Source: a virus
Direction: 5' to 3' (one strand)
Virus record (IMG/VR): IMGVR_UViG_3300028909_000017
Span: 1-64,000 of that record
Length of the DNA: 64,000 nucleotides
This document shows, one piece after another, positions 28,430 to 37,356 of the stretch. Made by a program: the position numbers and the translations under genes. How positions within the stretch are numbered: the first letter of the stretch is position 1; each line of letters starts with the position of its first letter. The notes below the pieces were generated by a model. That model was not told the DNA's origin, did no database searches, and was given only the letters and a program-made list of their open reading frames with translations.

Positions 28430-29263
28430 TTACTCCAGATTAAAAATGTTAGGATATCTTTTAGCAAAGTTATTACGTAATAGAATCCAATGTTCTAATA
28501 ATTCAAAATGTTTTCCAGAAATTGCGGCTAATTTGATAGCTGACAATGCTCGTATTTCATCCATTATTTCTTCAGGTAATTTTGTTTTGTTTAATAATTC
28601 TTCTTTGGAATATTGATAAATTTGATATTTAATGCCGGATGAGATATTAAGAAAAATTGAAAGTAATCGTTCAATTACGAATGTATAATAAGGTAAAGAA
28701 CCGTTTGGTCCGTAATGAGCTCCGGTGTCAAACATTAATTTTGAATCATTTGGATTATTTTTAACTTCATTAATAAAGTTATTTACAAATTTAAGATAAA
28801 CAGGCCAAAAAATATTATCACCCACAAAGTAATTGCATAATGCAAATGAAGTTGAATCCATTAAAATTTGATCGACATTAATTGGAATATTCATTCGATT
28901 CATTACCCGCTGAATTAGATCTGTTAATCCGGGATGACAATTATTACCTTGTACAATTACCGATGGAAATAAACATTCATTAAGGGGGCATGGGTTTACA
29001 ATATAAACATTTGTACTTCCGGGAGTTATCCAGTCATAGAATTTTTGCTCAGTTAAACCAGATTTTTCTGAAAATTTCGGACTTAAAAACCCCCAGTAAT
29101 CTAGTTGTTCTTTTTGCGCTAATTTAAAGCCTTCGTTGAAAATTGGAAATTCACATAATTTTGGATTTTCATTTTTTAAATTATCATATGGTACAAATGG
29201 TTTTTTTACTTTTTCCATTTGATCATTGAGATAACATATTTGGTATAATTTAATTTTAATCAT
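28430..29263 (-). CDS. Glycan-modification-like hypothetical protein
   Basis: YQI.Y...WGFLSPKF..K...CNYFVG...FW...FVIERL pattern. Confidence 0.5.
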   Translation of the reverse strand: MIKIKLYQICYLNDQMEKVKKPFVPYDNLKNENPKLCEFPIFNEGFKLAQKEQLDYWGFLSPKFSEKSGLTEQKFYDWITPGSTNVYIVNPCPLNECLFPSVIVQGNNCHPGLTDLIQRVMNRMNIPINVDQILMDSTSFALCNYFVGDNIFWPVYLKFVNNFINEVKNNPNDSKLMFDTGAHYGPNGSLPYYTFVIERLLSIFLNISSGIKYQIYQYSKEELLNKTKLPEEIMDEIRALSAIKLAAISGKHFELLEHWILLRNNFAKRYPNIFNLE

Positions 29264-29307
29264 GATGATTAATTATAACATGTCTGACAATATAGATAAA
29301 TACAAAT

Positions 29308-30017
29308 ATGAAGATAAAAGAAATTATATATGAAGGTGGTAATGTATGGTCCGGTTAATTGGCGACCATTCGTATTCGTCGTGAGCAAGTTCTTCCGACA
29401 GTTAAATTTTTAGAAAAAGTAACTGGATTACCGCTAGAAAATAATATGTTGGGTTCTACGGGCATTAAAGAAACATCAGGAGACATAGATTTGGCCGTGG
29501 ACAAATCTATAATAACCAAAGATGAATTACTTGCTAACATTAGGAAATGGACGGAAAAACATAATGTTACAGATATAATGCCGGCTAAAAAAGTCGGTAG
29601 TAGTGTGACTATGCGATGTCCAATATCTGGTAACCCTAGAAATCAATTCGTTCAAGTCGACCTTATGTTTTGCTCCAATATTGAATTTGCCCGATGGGCA
29701 ATAAGAGCTAATACGGATAGCAAATATAAAAATTTAGTTAAAAATAAATTGCTTTATAATTTGGCAAAATCAATGAATTTACGGTATCAAGAGCAGGAAG
29801 GGTTAACAACATTAGATACTAAAAAACTTTTAAAGAACGGAAATAATCCTGATTTTATCGCCAAAAATTATTAAATACTAAAGCTACGAGAAAAGATATT
29901 GAATCAGTAGAGGGCATTATGAATGCACTAAAAAATGATCCAAAAAAAGAAGATAAACTTCGGTTTGCATATCCGGCAGTATTAGCCGAAACCGGTGTCG
30001 ATTTGAGACAATTATGA
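29308..30017 (+). pseudogene. Pol-beta-type nucleotidyltransferase (internal head type), disrupted
   Basis: MKIKEIIYEGGNVWSG*LAT...LGSTG.KETSGDIDLAVD...QVDLM; TAA at 29356-29358 and a frameshift in the A-run near 29863-29867. Confidence 0.75.
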
Positions 30018-30622
30018 AAATAAATGATTTTGAAAAATCTATTTCACTTCGATTATTGGAAATAGAAGAAGACGTAATAAATGATATTCTATCGAATTGT
30101 TCTAATTCGATTAAAGTCTTTAAAGAATATAATGAATTATTGTTTTCCGGGATGGTTAATAGAGGTACATATTTTACTTTTATAGATCATTCCCCAATTC
30201 ATAGGAGACCTAGGGGAATGTCGATAGATGAGCAGGAATATATAGATGAATGCCTAACATTAGCAGGTTTTAGCGCATTAAGAAGTAATAGTATATTTTG
30301 TATTTCTGATTATAGCCAGGCTAAAAATTTCGGAGATGCTTTTATAATTATTCCTATTAATGGATTTTCTTTTACAGGAATTAATAGCAGACGATATCTT
30401 AACTATGTCTCCCTTCCGGATATTTCAGGGGATGACGGTGTAACTATAGATATGGCAGATTTTATTGTACGTAACTATGGTTTTTTTCATGATGATTTTG
30501 CTCATGCAGTGTTTTCTGAGAATGAAGTAATGATTAATGGATCGTATCGAGCATTAAGATTAAAATCCCCCGGAACTAAGAGGATATTGAAAAAATTAGG
30601 GTTAGATATTAAACAAAGGTAA
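30014..30622 (+). CDS. ADP-ribosyltransferase-like paralog (YRG replaced by FSG)
   Basis: RSNSIFCIS...FG..FIIIPINGFSF...NEVMINGSY. Confidence 0.55.
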   Translation: MKINDFEKSISLRLLEIEEDVINDILSNCSNSIKVFKEYNELLFSGMVNRGTYFTFIDHSPIHRRPRGMSIDEQEYIDECLTLAGFSALRSNSIFCISDYSQAKNFGDAFIIIPINGFSFTGINSRRYLNYVSLPDISGDDGVTIDMADFIVRNYGFFHDDFAHAVFSENEVMINGSYRALRLKSPGTKRILKKLGLDIKQR

Positions 30623-30630
30623 ATATAATC

Positions 30631-32133
30631 ATGAGATACGTTGAATTATTAGAAAGCGGCAGTCGAGGATTGTTTGTAAGATGTCAAGAAGCCGCGGCTG
30701 GAAAAAAAATTGTTTTCAAAAGTCAAGAAGGAAAAACAATTACAGCTATCGGAGTTGCTGTTTTGCCGGAAAAATTTGCATTTTATGAAAACGATACTAT
30801 AAATGATTTGCCGATTAATGCAAGGTCACTTCCTCCCTTTGAACAAAAGAAATTGTTAAAAACTGGTCAACAAAAATTAATGGATTCTCTGGAACAATAT
30901 CGGTTGACTGCAAAAATTACAAATAATAATTGGAATATTGTTAATAGTAATGGACGTTCAGCACTTATTACTTTATGGACAAATAATCGCAATCAATTAA
31001 TTGCTTATGTTAAATTGTTTCAGCAAAAAAGTTTAAGTGCAATTCCATTTTTTTGGAGTAATAGTGATTTTTCTAAAGATACCGGTTTTTCCATTGAAAA
31101 TGTTTCTCAATTAAAGGCTGCATTGAATTTAAAGCCTTCTACGGTTGTTGGGGTGGATGCAAGATTTTCTATTGATGATTTATTAGAACAAGTTTCAATT
31201 AATATTGTTGAACATACTGAATTACCTGCAGAAGTTATTAAACAAGTTCCACAATTATTAAGAAATGTTCAGTCTGGGTTCAGTGAACCAACGGCGAATG
31301 CTGCTCAATATATTAACTCGTATGAAGTTGATTTAGGAGAAACTGCCGCACCCATTGCATTTATGACTGGTCATTTTGTTTCGGGCGCATATAAACAGGT
31401 TGAAGATCAGTTGTTAAAACCATTGGGATCTAGCTGGAAGAAAATTAAGACCTGTTCGTTCCCGATGGCAGGTAATGAGCAATTAGTTGATAGTTATCTT
31501 AATATAAATGCTTCAACCAAAATAGGAATAAGTTCAAAAGATTCTGGTGGCGGCGCGGCTGCGAGCGTGACAAGTTTATCTTCAGTAATTGAAAAAAATC
31601 CTGAACGTTTTAAAGATTTATTAAATAAAAAAAAATACAAGTATTTGTTTAATGTAATTAACTTGATAAAAGAAAAATCCGCCGTTGAAGGTCCATTGGA
31701 ATTGGGCGTATTATATGGAATAATTGATCGAGCAGATCAAATTAAAATTTTAGAGGCAACCAACGATCCACATTTAATTAAATCAGATGTAACTAAAAAA
31801 TTACAAAAGTTATTAAATAACCCGATTTATAAGCCCAATACAAAATCGCCTAATTATATGATTGGCTATCATTTATTGACCGCTGTTGCTAATTTAGTAA
31901 CGGAACATTTGAATGAACAAGAAGATACGGTGACTGCATTTTTTAAAGAAATTTTATCTCGGTCAAACATGGTTCAGTGTAAAACAATAATGAAGTCGAC
32001 TGGATCTGCCGCTGCATTTATAGATTTTAATATAATTTGGCCACCCGTTTTTGAAGGCAAAGTGAAGTTTCAAAGTCAAAAAAATTACGGTTCTGGAAAA
32101 CCTGGTGGAAAAATATGCTTTAAAATAGGATAA
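30631..32133 (+). CDS. Late 500-aa protein, possible PD-(D/E)xK nuclease-like
   Basis: MRYVELLES start after TAAATA-N5; DLGE...FP..GNEQLVDS...ISSK segment. Confidence 0.5.
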   Translation: MRYVELLESGSRGLFVRCQEAAAGKKIVFKSQEGKTITAIGVAVLPEKFAFYENDTINDLPINARSLPPFEQKKLLKTGQQKLMDSLEQYRLTAKITNNNWNIVNSNGRSALITLWTNNRNQLIAYVKLFQQKSLSAIPFFWSNSDFSKDTGFSIENVSQLKAALNLKPSTVVGVDARFSIDDLLEQVSINIVEHTELPAEVIKQVPQLLRNVQSGFSEPTANAAQYINSYEVDLGETAAPIAFMTGHFVSGAYKQVEDQLLKPLGSSWKKIKTCSFPMAGNEQLVDSYLNINASTKIGISSKDSGGGAAASVTSLSSVIEKNPERFKDLLNKKKYKYLFNVINLIKEKSAVEGPLELGVLYGIIDRADQIKILEATNDPHLIKSDVTKKLQKLLNNPIYKPNTKSPNYMIGYHLLTAVANLVTEHLNEQEDTVTAFFKEILSRSNMVQCKTIMKSTGSAAAFIDFNIIWPPVFEGKVKFQSQKNYGSGKPGGKICFKIG

Positions 32134-32320
32134 GACTAAGATGCCAGCATCTACACCTTTCGGCTCCGCTGGCATCATTCACTACTGATCGCTATTTTTA
32201 AGGTTTACATTTTTAATTTTGAAATAGTCAGGTCATGTCCTTTTTGCGCCGCCCAACGCTCGTTGGCCTCCGTATTGAAACTGCATCATCCGCCGCTCTA
32301 TATAGATTTAAATTTCTAAA

Positions 32321-32643
32321 TTACCTTAGATATGTTGCTCCGTATAAAGTAACGCTTATTCCCCATCCATAATCTTTATCAAAAATATTACCTCTCTTGT
32401 GTTTAGCCGGTGCATTCCACCCTGCCGCTTTTAAATATCTCCATTTTCTTTGTTCACAAAACAATGAACCGACCGAGAGCCGGCTGAAATTCGGATGATC
32501 TTATAAAATTTTCCTCCTTCGGTAAATTCAAATGTGGGAACCGATGAATTGTCAAAATGCTTTTCAAAATACAATGAGGTTTCGAGTTGAATCTTATCAA
32601 TGAATCCACGAAGTTGTGTTGCTACCGTTTCATTGGCTTTCAT
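32321..32643 (-). pseudogene. Frameshifted small early phage protein
   Basis: SVHCFVNKENGDI then, after a 1-nt loss near 32433, KAAGWNAPAKHKRGNI...YLR*. Confidence 0.75.
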
Positions 32644-32694
32644 ATCTGATCTCCTCACTGAAATAATTATAGCAAATTGCAACCGATAATGCAA
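32644..32694 (-). promoter_or_regulatory. Early promoter-RBS cassette
   Basis: TTGCAT-17-TATAAT-TATTTCAGTGAGGAGATCAGAT-ATG. Confidence 0.85.
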
Positions 32695-32717
32695 CCGAAA
32701 TAGTCAAAATAATCGAT

Positions 32718-32850
32718 GTTGAAAACAAAGGACTTAATTTTCGATATAAGGGGTTGGGGTTAATTTGACATATTCAACCATGATCAGGGTATAATTGGGG
32801 TGACATAGGGAATATTTGACTATTTTGGCTCTTTAATTTCAGTTATCTAC
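32718..32850. repeat. ~125-bp inverted-repeat-bounded module, copy 2
   Basis: GTTGAAAACAAAGGACTTA ... GGCTCTTTAATTTCAGT (degenerate distal end). Confidence 0.6.
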
Positions 32851-33090
32851 AAATGTGAACTACCACGACCTAAAGGACATGGTTTCCGAAGCCATATGGC
32901 TTCATCTTTTATTCCTGCTTACTCGGAAGAAATATTTCTTCCTTCAATACATATCTGGAAATTAATTTCTTAATTTCCCCATTAGAGATATCTCCACAGG
33001 CGTGTGAGGAATTACAAGTAATCCCGTTAATTTCCGAAGTTCCTTCGGTATTTTGAAATTATAATTGAGTTTCTTGGTTATCAAAACTCA
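32835..33090 (-). ncRNA. Putative stand-alone omega-RNA (TnpB guide RNA)
   Basis: Starts just after TAAATA (33095-33100); series of hairpins homologous to the tnpB 3' scaffold; predicted guide ATTTGTAGATAACTGAAATT. Confidence 0.55.
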
Positions 33091-33146
33091 ATAATATTTA
33101 CACAACTCGCTTATATTCACTAACTAAAGTTGGTGGTTTTACGCTC
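32855..33146 (-). mobile_element. Non-autonomous derivative of the TnpB element (left end + omega-RNA region + right end, no ORF)
   Basis: Left end matches 18316 and 22045 copies; CGCCTGTGGAGATA.CTCTAATGG and GTGGTAGTTCAC match the tnpB 3' end. Confidence 0.85.
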
Positions 33147-33157
33147 GTAAGTTGGAA

Positions 33158-33186
33158 TAAAAGCCAGTCATATATGACTGGCTTTA
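33158..33186 (-). terminator. Terminator after queD
   Basis: AAAGCCAGTCATATATGACTGGCTTT palindrome with T-tail on the minus strand. Confidence 0.7.
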
Positions 33187-33226
33187 AATTTTAATACAAA
33201 AAGAAAATATATAGTTAATTATCTTC

Positions 33227-33751
33227 CTAGGAAAGTCGATATTCCGCGGCAGATGAGGGAGTTTCTTTTAAAACAACCGAATATAATTTCGCTTGATTGC
33301 CAGTTGCTTCTGAAATTTTAGGGTTCAGAATGTTAAAAAAATGTTTGGCTAATGATTCGGCCGTCGGATATTCATTAATAATGTATGTTTTTCCAAATGC
33401 GGTTTGCCCATTCCAAAAACTATTTTCATTAATGGTGCTAGAAATTTCTTCAATCCAATCGTAAAAAATATGATCCATTAATTTTTCGTCATATGCCATA
33501 TTAATAAATTTGTCGTCTTTTAACGATAAAATTAATGCATGATCACAAAATGCATCGATATTTTGCATCATTATTTCTTTTAAAAATCCATAGTCAAATA
33601 CCATTTGAGACTGTGGACCCGATTCAAATAGATCCCCAGATAAATAAACTGTCATTGAATATCGATGTCCATGCAGATTTCGACATTTACTTTCATGCAA
33701 TGGAACACGATGTGCAGAATCAAATTCAATAGTTTTACTAATTATATTCAT
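33227..33751 (-). CDS. queD: 6-carboxy-5,6,7,8-tetrahydropterin synthase QueD
   Basis: FDSAHR...KCRNLHGHRY...MVFDYG..K...DH...PTAE.LA...ETPSS.AEY. Confidence 0.92.
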   Translation of the reverse strand: MNIISKTIEFDSAHRVPLHESKCRNLHGHRYSMTVYLSGDLFESGPQSQMVFDYGFLKEIMMQNIDAFCDHALILSLKDDKFINMAYDEKLMDHIFYDWIEEISSTINENSFWNGQTAFGKTYIINEYPTAESLAKHFFNILNPKISEATGNQAKLYSVVLKETPSSAAEYRLS

Positions 33752-33779
33752 TAAAACTCCTTGTATTAATTATAGCATA

Positions 33780-34184
33780 TTAAAGGAATAAACTGTCAAT
33801 TCTCATTCCGCATAAATTATTATTTCGATCATCAAGAAATATAACCTCAGATTCATTTTCAAAAATAAGTCTTTTATTTCGTTGATGTATAATTTTAAGA
33901 TTTGCATTGTTGATAATATCCTCATATATCTGGAAATTATTTACAATGATTATTGTTTGTTTATATTTTTCAATTTCATTAATAATATCAGAAATTTTCC
34001 ATTCACCGGGATACCATATATTATTATAATCAGACATTAATCGAGCGTATTGGTTACTTATTTGCTGTTTAATTCGAGATTCAATTATATTTAGATTTTC
34101 ATCATCCCATTCTTCCGGATGTGAAAATGGATTTAACATTTTAAGCAAAATACCTATTTCGATAGAATCTAAATTTATTATCAT
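33780..34184 (-). CDS. Hypothetical protein
   Basis: 134 aa, ATGA-coupled. Confidence 0.55.
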   Translation of the reverse strand: MIINLDSIEIGILLKMLNPFSHPEEWDDENLNIIESRIKQQISNQYARLMSDYNNIWYPGEWKISDIINEIEKYKQTIIIVNNFQIYEDIINNANLKIIHQRNKRLIFENESEVIFLDDRNNNLCGMRIDSLFL

Positions 34185-34753
34185 CCGCGAATTCTCCGAA
34201 GCATCTCAATGTGAAGTTTTGCGAGTGACCACGCATCATATAATGCATTATGCGGTGTTCCTTCAAATGGAACATTAAGGTATTTTAATGCTTTTGACAA
34301 AGTTAATTTTGGTTTAATTGCATAGGTACTTCTGAAAATAACACCCAAATCCCAAATTCCAGTTGAACCCCATGGATTATCACATTTATATAAATTACAA
34401 TGTTCTACGATTGGATCATTATCTGATCCCCAAGCAAATGTAACTTTATTTCGGGGGCTAAACTCATTTCGGATGGTATTCATTACGTCCGGAAATCGCC
34501 GCCCATCTTTAATAAGTAATTCTTTAGTAATTTTTGTTAAATTAGTACAATATTCACTGACTTCAAAATTTTTATTTTCTGGCCGTATATAATAATTAGC
34601 GGTTCTAGAAACGGTAAGTGAAATCGTGTCGATTTCAACCAAACCGATTTGGGTAATATGTTTGGTTTGATTTGCTGGACATTCGCCATTCGGCCAACAT
34701 AACATTTCTAAATCAATATATGCAATTTTTTGTGATGTTAAATTTTGAGACAT
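34181..34753 (-). CDS. DEDDh exonuclease (ERI/KapD-like)
   Basis: YIDLEM.C, AWG.D, WDL, FEGTPHNALYDA. Confidence 0.85.
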   Translation of the reverse strand: MSQNLTSQKIAYIDLEMLCWPNGECPANQTKHITQIGLVEIDTISLTVSRTANYYIRPENKNFEVSEYCTNLTKITKELLIKDGRRFPDVMNTIRNEFSPRNKVTFAWGSDNDPIVEHCNLYKCDNPWGSTGIWDLGVIFRSTYAIKPKLTLSKALKYLNVPFEGTPHNALYDAWSLAKLHIEMLRRIRG

Positions 34754-34766
34754 TTCTTTTTCTTTC

Positions 34767-34957
34767 TTAAAGACTTAATTTTTTAATTAGTAAGGCATCA
34801 TTTGCTTCTTGTTCGGTATCATATCGACCTTTAATATTAAACCATAGTCCAGAAATATTAACCTGAATTATGAATAAATTTTTTGAGGTACGATGCACTC
34901 GAGAATTGTTTTCAATAAGCAATTTATCGGATATATATAATGTAATAATTTTTTCAT
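34767..34957 (-). pseudogene. Frameshifted tandem paralog of 34954..35154
   Basis: Near-identical 3' end RYDTEQEANDALLIKKLSL; frameshift in the A-run just after ATG. Confidence 0.7.
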
Positions 34958-35154
34958 AATGATAATTTTTTGATTAGTAAGGCATCATTTGCTTCTTGTT
35001 CGGTATCATATCTATCTCTTAGCCACCACCATTCTTCACCAAATTGTACCTGAATTCCAAACAAATTACCTTTCGATGGATAAATTCTGGTCGTATGATT
35101 GAGAATTGCTCCATCCACCATATACCACTCCAACCTAGTTTTAATGGTTTTCAT
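34954..35154 (-). CDS. Small protein, 'EA..LLI.KLS' family
   Basis: 66 aa ending EQEANDALLIKKLSL. Confidence 0.7.
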   Translation of the reverse strand: MKTIKTRLEWYMVDGAILNHTTRIYPSKGNLFGIQVQFGEEWWWLRDRYDTEQEANDALLIKKLSL

Positions 35155-35156
35155 AA

Positions 35157-35335
35157 TTATTCCGATAATTTTAAAATCAATAAATAATCTTCTGCTTCTT
35201 TTCGGAAATTAAACGGTTTATCTACATATGTAAACCATCCGACTCTGAGAATATTTTTTATGCTGAAATAATGACGCCGCTCTTCAATTAAATATTCTTT
35301 ATAGAATTAATTCGAAGTCCAGATTTATCAATCAT
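35157..35335 (-). pseudogene. Frameshifted 'EA..LLI.KLS' family member
   Basis: Second frame ends RKEAEDYLLILKLSE*. Confidence 0.6.
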
Positions 35336-35340
35336 GTTCT

Positions 35341-35533
35341 TCACTCTTCTAATTTCAAAATTAATAGGTCATCTTCGGCTGATCGGAGGGTTTTTATATC
35401 GTTTATTCTTGTAAATCCATGCATATGCAACTTGATTTGTTCCAGCCGGGTGGTATAAAATCCTGAATTTAATAGACCATCAATTATTACCATACTGTTC
35501 TATTTTATATTCTTTATTAGTCCTAACATTCAT
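35341..35533 (-). pseudogene. Disrupted 'EA..LLI.KLS' family member
   Basis: In-frame TGA at 35480-35482 plus a frameshift; ends SAEDDLLILKLEE*. Confidence 0.6.
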
Positions 35534-35715
35534 TCTGATAATCTCGAAATCAATAAATAATCTTCTGCTTCCCTTTTTGTTGAAAAGGTTGGAACTAATA
35601 TTGATCCAATCGGCCATAACCAATACCATGTCGGTATATAATGTAACTCATCGATTGAATCTTTGAATTGAACCCCCCAACATTTTCCTAATGGGTGGAT
35701 TCTATATTTAATCAT
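35530..35715 (-). CDS. Small protein, 'EA..LLI.KLS' family
   Basis: Ends FSTKREAEDYLLISRLSE. Confidence 0.7.
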   Translation of the reverse strand: MIKYRIHPLGKCWGVQFKDSIDELHYIPTWYWLWPIGSILVPTFSTKREAEDYLLISRLSE

Positions 35716-35907
35716 TTTTGAACAGTTTTACTTTTCTTGGGAATATAGGTAACAAGAAAAGTAAAACTGCCGTCCTTATTTCTGGTATAATTCAACACAC
35801 CTTTAATTTTTTGGGTATGCAATTCATCGATAAAATCGAGCGCAGCAATAGTAGAAGTAAACTCAGAAATTTTTTCTTTCATTGTGATACCTTTCTTATT
35901 TGGATGA

Positions 35908-36156
35908 TTATGAAATTAATTTTTCGATTAAAATAGCAGCCTCGGCTTCTTCGCGAGACGAGAATATTTCAAATGAAGTAGAATGTAATGTTCTTGCAAA
36001 TAGTGTATCCCAATGTTTTACTTCGACTAATACACCGTTCGGAATAATAGACATATCATCTATAATTTCAAATGTTCGAACATATTTTGGGTTGACAATG
36101 TACGATAGCTTACCCATTATTGATATGCTTTCTTTTCCGGTAAGCCAACCAACCAT
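35908..36156 (-). CDS. Small protein, 'EA..LLI.KLS' family
   Basis: Ends FSSREEAEAAILIEKLIS. Confidence 0.65.
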   Translation of the reverse strand: MVGWLTGKESISIMGKLSYIVNPKYVRTFEIIDDMSIIPNGVLVEVKHWDTLFARTLHSTSFEIFSSREEAEAAILIEKLIS

Positions 36157-36407
36157 TCAATATTGATTTTGCGAATCTTTTCGGTTGGTTCACCTTCATC
36201 GAGTAATCCATTCCAAATAACAGCAAATTCACGGGTGGGTTTTTCGGGTGCATCTGTAACTAAAAATTGATCGGTTGAATAATCAAAAACATCAAACGAG
36301 TCAATTGGCGCAGAATCATTATGTGCCGGCATTACAATAACGTGGTGACCAGCAATTCGAATCTTTTCGTCAACTTCATTTTTTAATTCATTCATCCAAT
36401 TTGACAT
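36117..36407 (-). CDS. Hypothetical protein
   Basis: 96 aa, AGGA RBS. Confidence 0.6.
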   Translation of the reverse strand: MSNWMNELKNEVDEKIRIAGHHVIVMPAHNDSAPIDSFDVFDYSTDQFLVTDAPEKPTREFAVIWNGLLDEGEPTEKIRKINIEWLVGLPEKKAYQ

Positions 36408-36467
36408 ATTATCCTGCTTTCTGAACTATATAGTTCATTATCAGTTTAACATTATTTATACAATTTG

Positions 36468-36662
36468 TCAACGTGTAATTGAAGGTGACCAACCTAATCT
36501 TAAATTAAATCGTTGTACGGCTTTTTGCTTATGAAGATCGATTAATTCGACAGTATAAAAATCATCAACAATATCGCGTATTCGACCACGATAAAGAGAA
36601 TTACCTTCCTCAATTGAATGAACAGTGACAGCCGAACCGATTGAAAAGAATTCTTGTTTCAT
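36468..36662 (-). CDS. Small SH3-like beta-barrel hypothetical protein
   Basis: Paralog of 36741..37097 (G..VTVHS...RG.IR.I...Y.VE..D). Confidence 0.55.
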   Translation of the reverse strand: MKQEFFSIGSAVTVHSIEEGNSLYRGRIRDIVDDFYTVELIDLHKQKAVQRFNLRLGWSPSITR

Positions 36663-36740
36663 GGTGATCCTTTGTATGCTCGTTAATTATCGTTTGGATG
36701 CAAGTATCGACAGTATTTCTTCTGCATTTTTTACAAGATT

Positions 36741-37097
36741 TTAATTTTTGCATACACGATCACCAATTTTATAAATGCCGCCACTGCTTTTGCTTCCCGT
36801 AGCAAGATTATTTAATTCACAATTTGATTGATTTAGGGCAGCGCTCATTTCTTGAATTAGCCTAATAGTCTTTTCATTATCATCCAACTTTAACGGCCAA
36901 CCAACTTCGATGCAAGCAGCGGGAATTGTATAGGTATTATATGTAGAATTTTTGACAAATGTATCAACCATTTCTACAATGTAAATTGTAACGACATCTT
37001 TAACAGAAATTCCACGAATAATTCCACGAAATTCTCCGGGTGTTTCCAGCCCAAGTGAATGCACGGTTACCTTTGTACCAAATTCAAGATATTTCAT
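36741..37097 (-). CDS. Small SH3-like beta-barrel hypothetical protein
   Basis: GAGGAG RBS; paralog of 36468..36662. Confidence 0.6.
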   Translation of the reverse strand: MKYLEFGTKVTVHSLGLETPGEFRGIIRGISVKDVVTIYIVEMVDTFVKNSTYNTYTIPAACIEVGWPLKLDDNEKTIRLIQEMSAALNQSNCELNNLATGSKSSGGIYKIGDRVCKN

Positions 37098-37170
37098 TTA
37101 TCTCCTCTTTCGATTTCATACATTTGAGAATTCCGAGGTCCATTATTGTTCTTTGATCAAAATTGCATTT

Positions 37171-37353
37171 TTACGTATCACAATTCCGAACAGTGTTTGC
37201 TATAATTGCCCCCAAACCGATAAACCAACCACGATCAGTATAAATAATAGCAGGATCGTTTGGATGTGCAATGGCCCCATAGATAACCGTAATTCCCATT
37301 AAGATAAGAGCCATTGCCAATGATTTTAATGCCAAGTCAAATTGCTTCTTCAT
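37171..37353 (-). CDS. Small membrane protein
   Basis: Two hydrophobic segments. Confidence 0.55.
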   Translation of the reverse strand: MKKQFDLALKSLAMALILMGITVIYGAIAHPNDPAIIYTDRGWFIGLGAIIANTVRNCDT

Positions 37354-37356
37354 GGA

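Noticed and set aside
32134-32320. tRNA, hammerhead ribozyme or group II intron domain V
   Set aside because: No cloverleaf or T-loop, no CUGANGA core, and the stem geometry does not match domain V; kept only as an unassigned structure.
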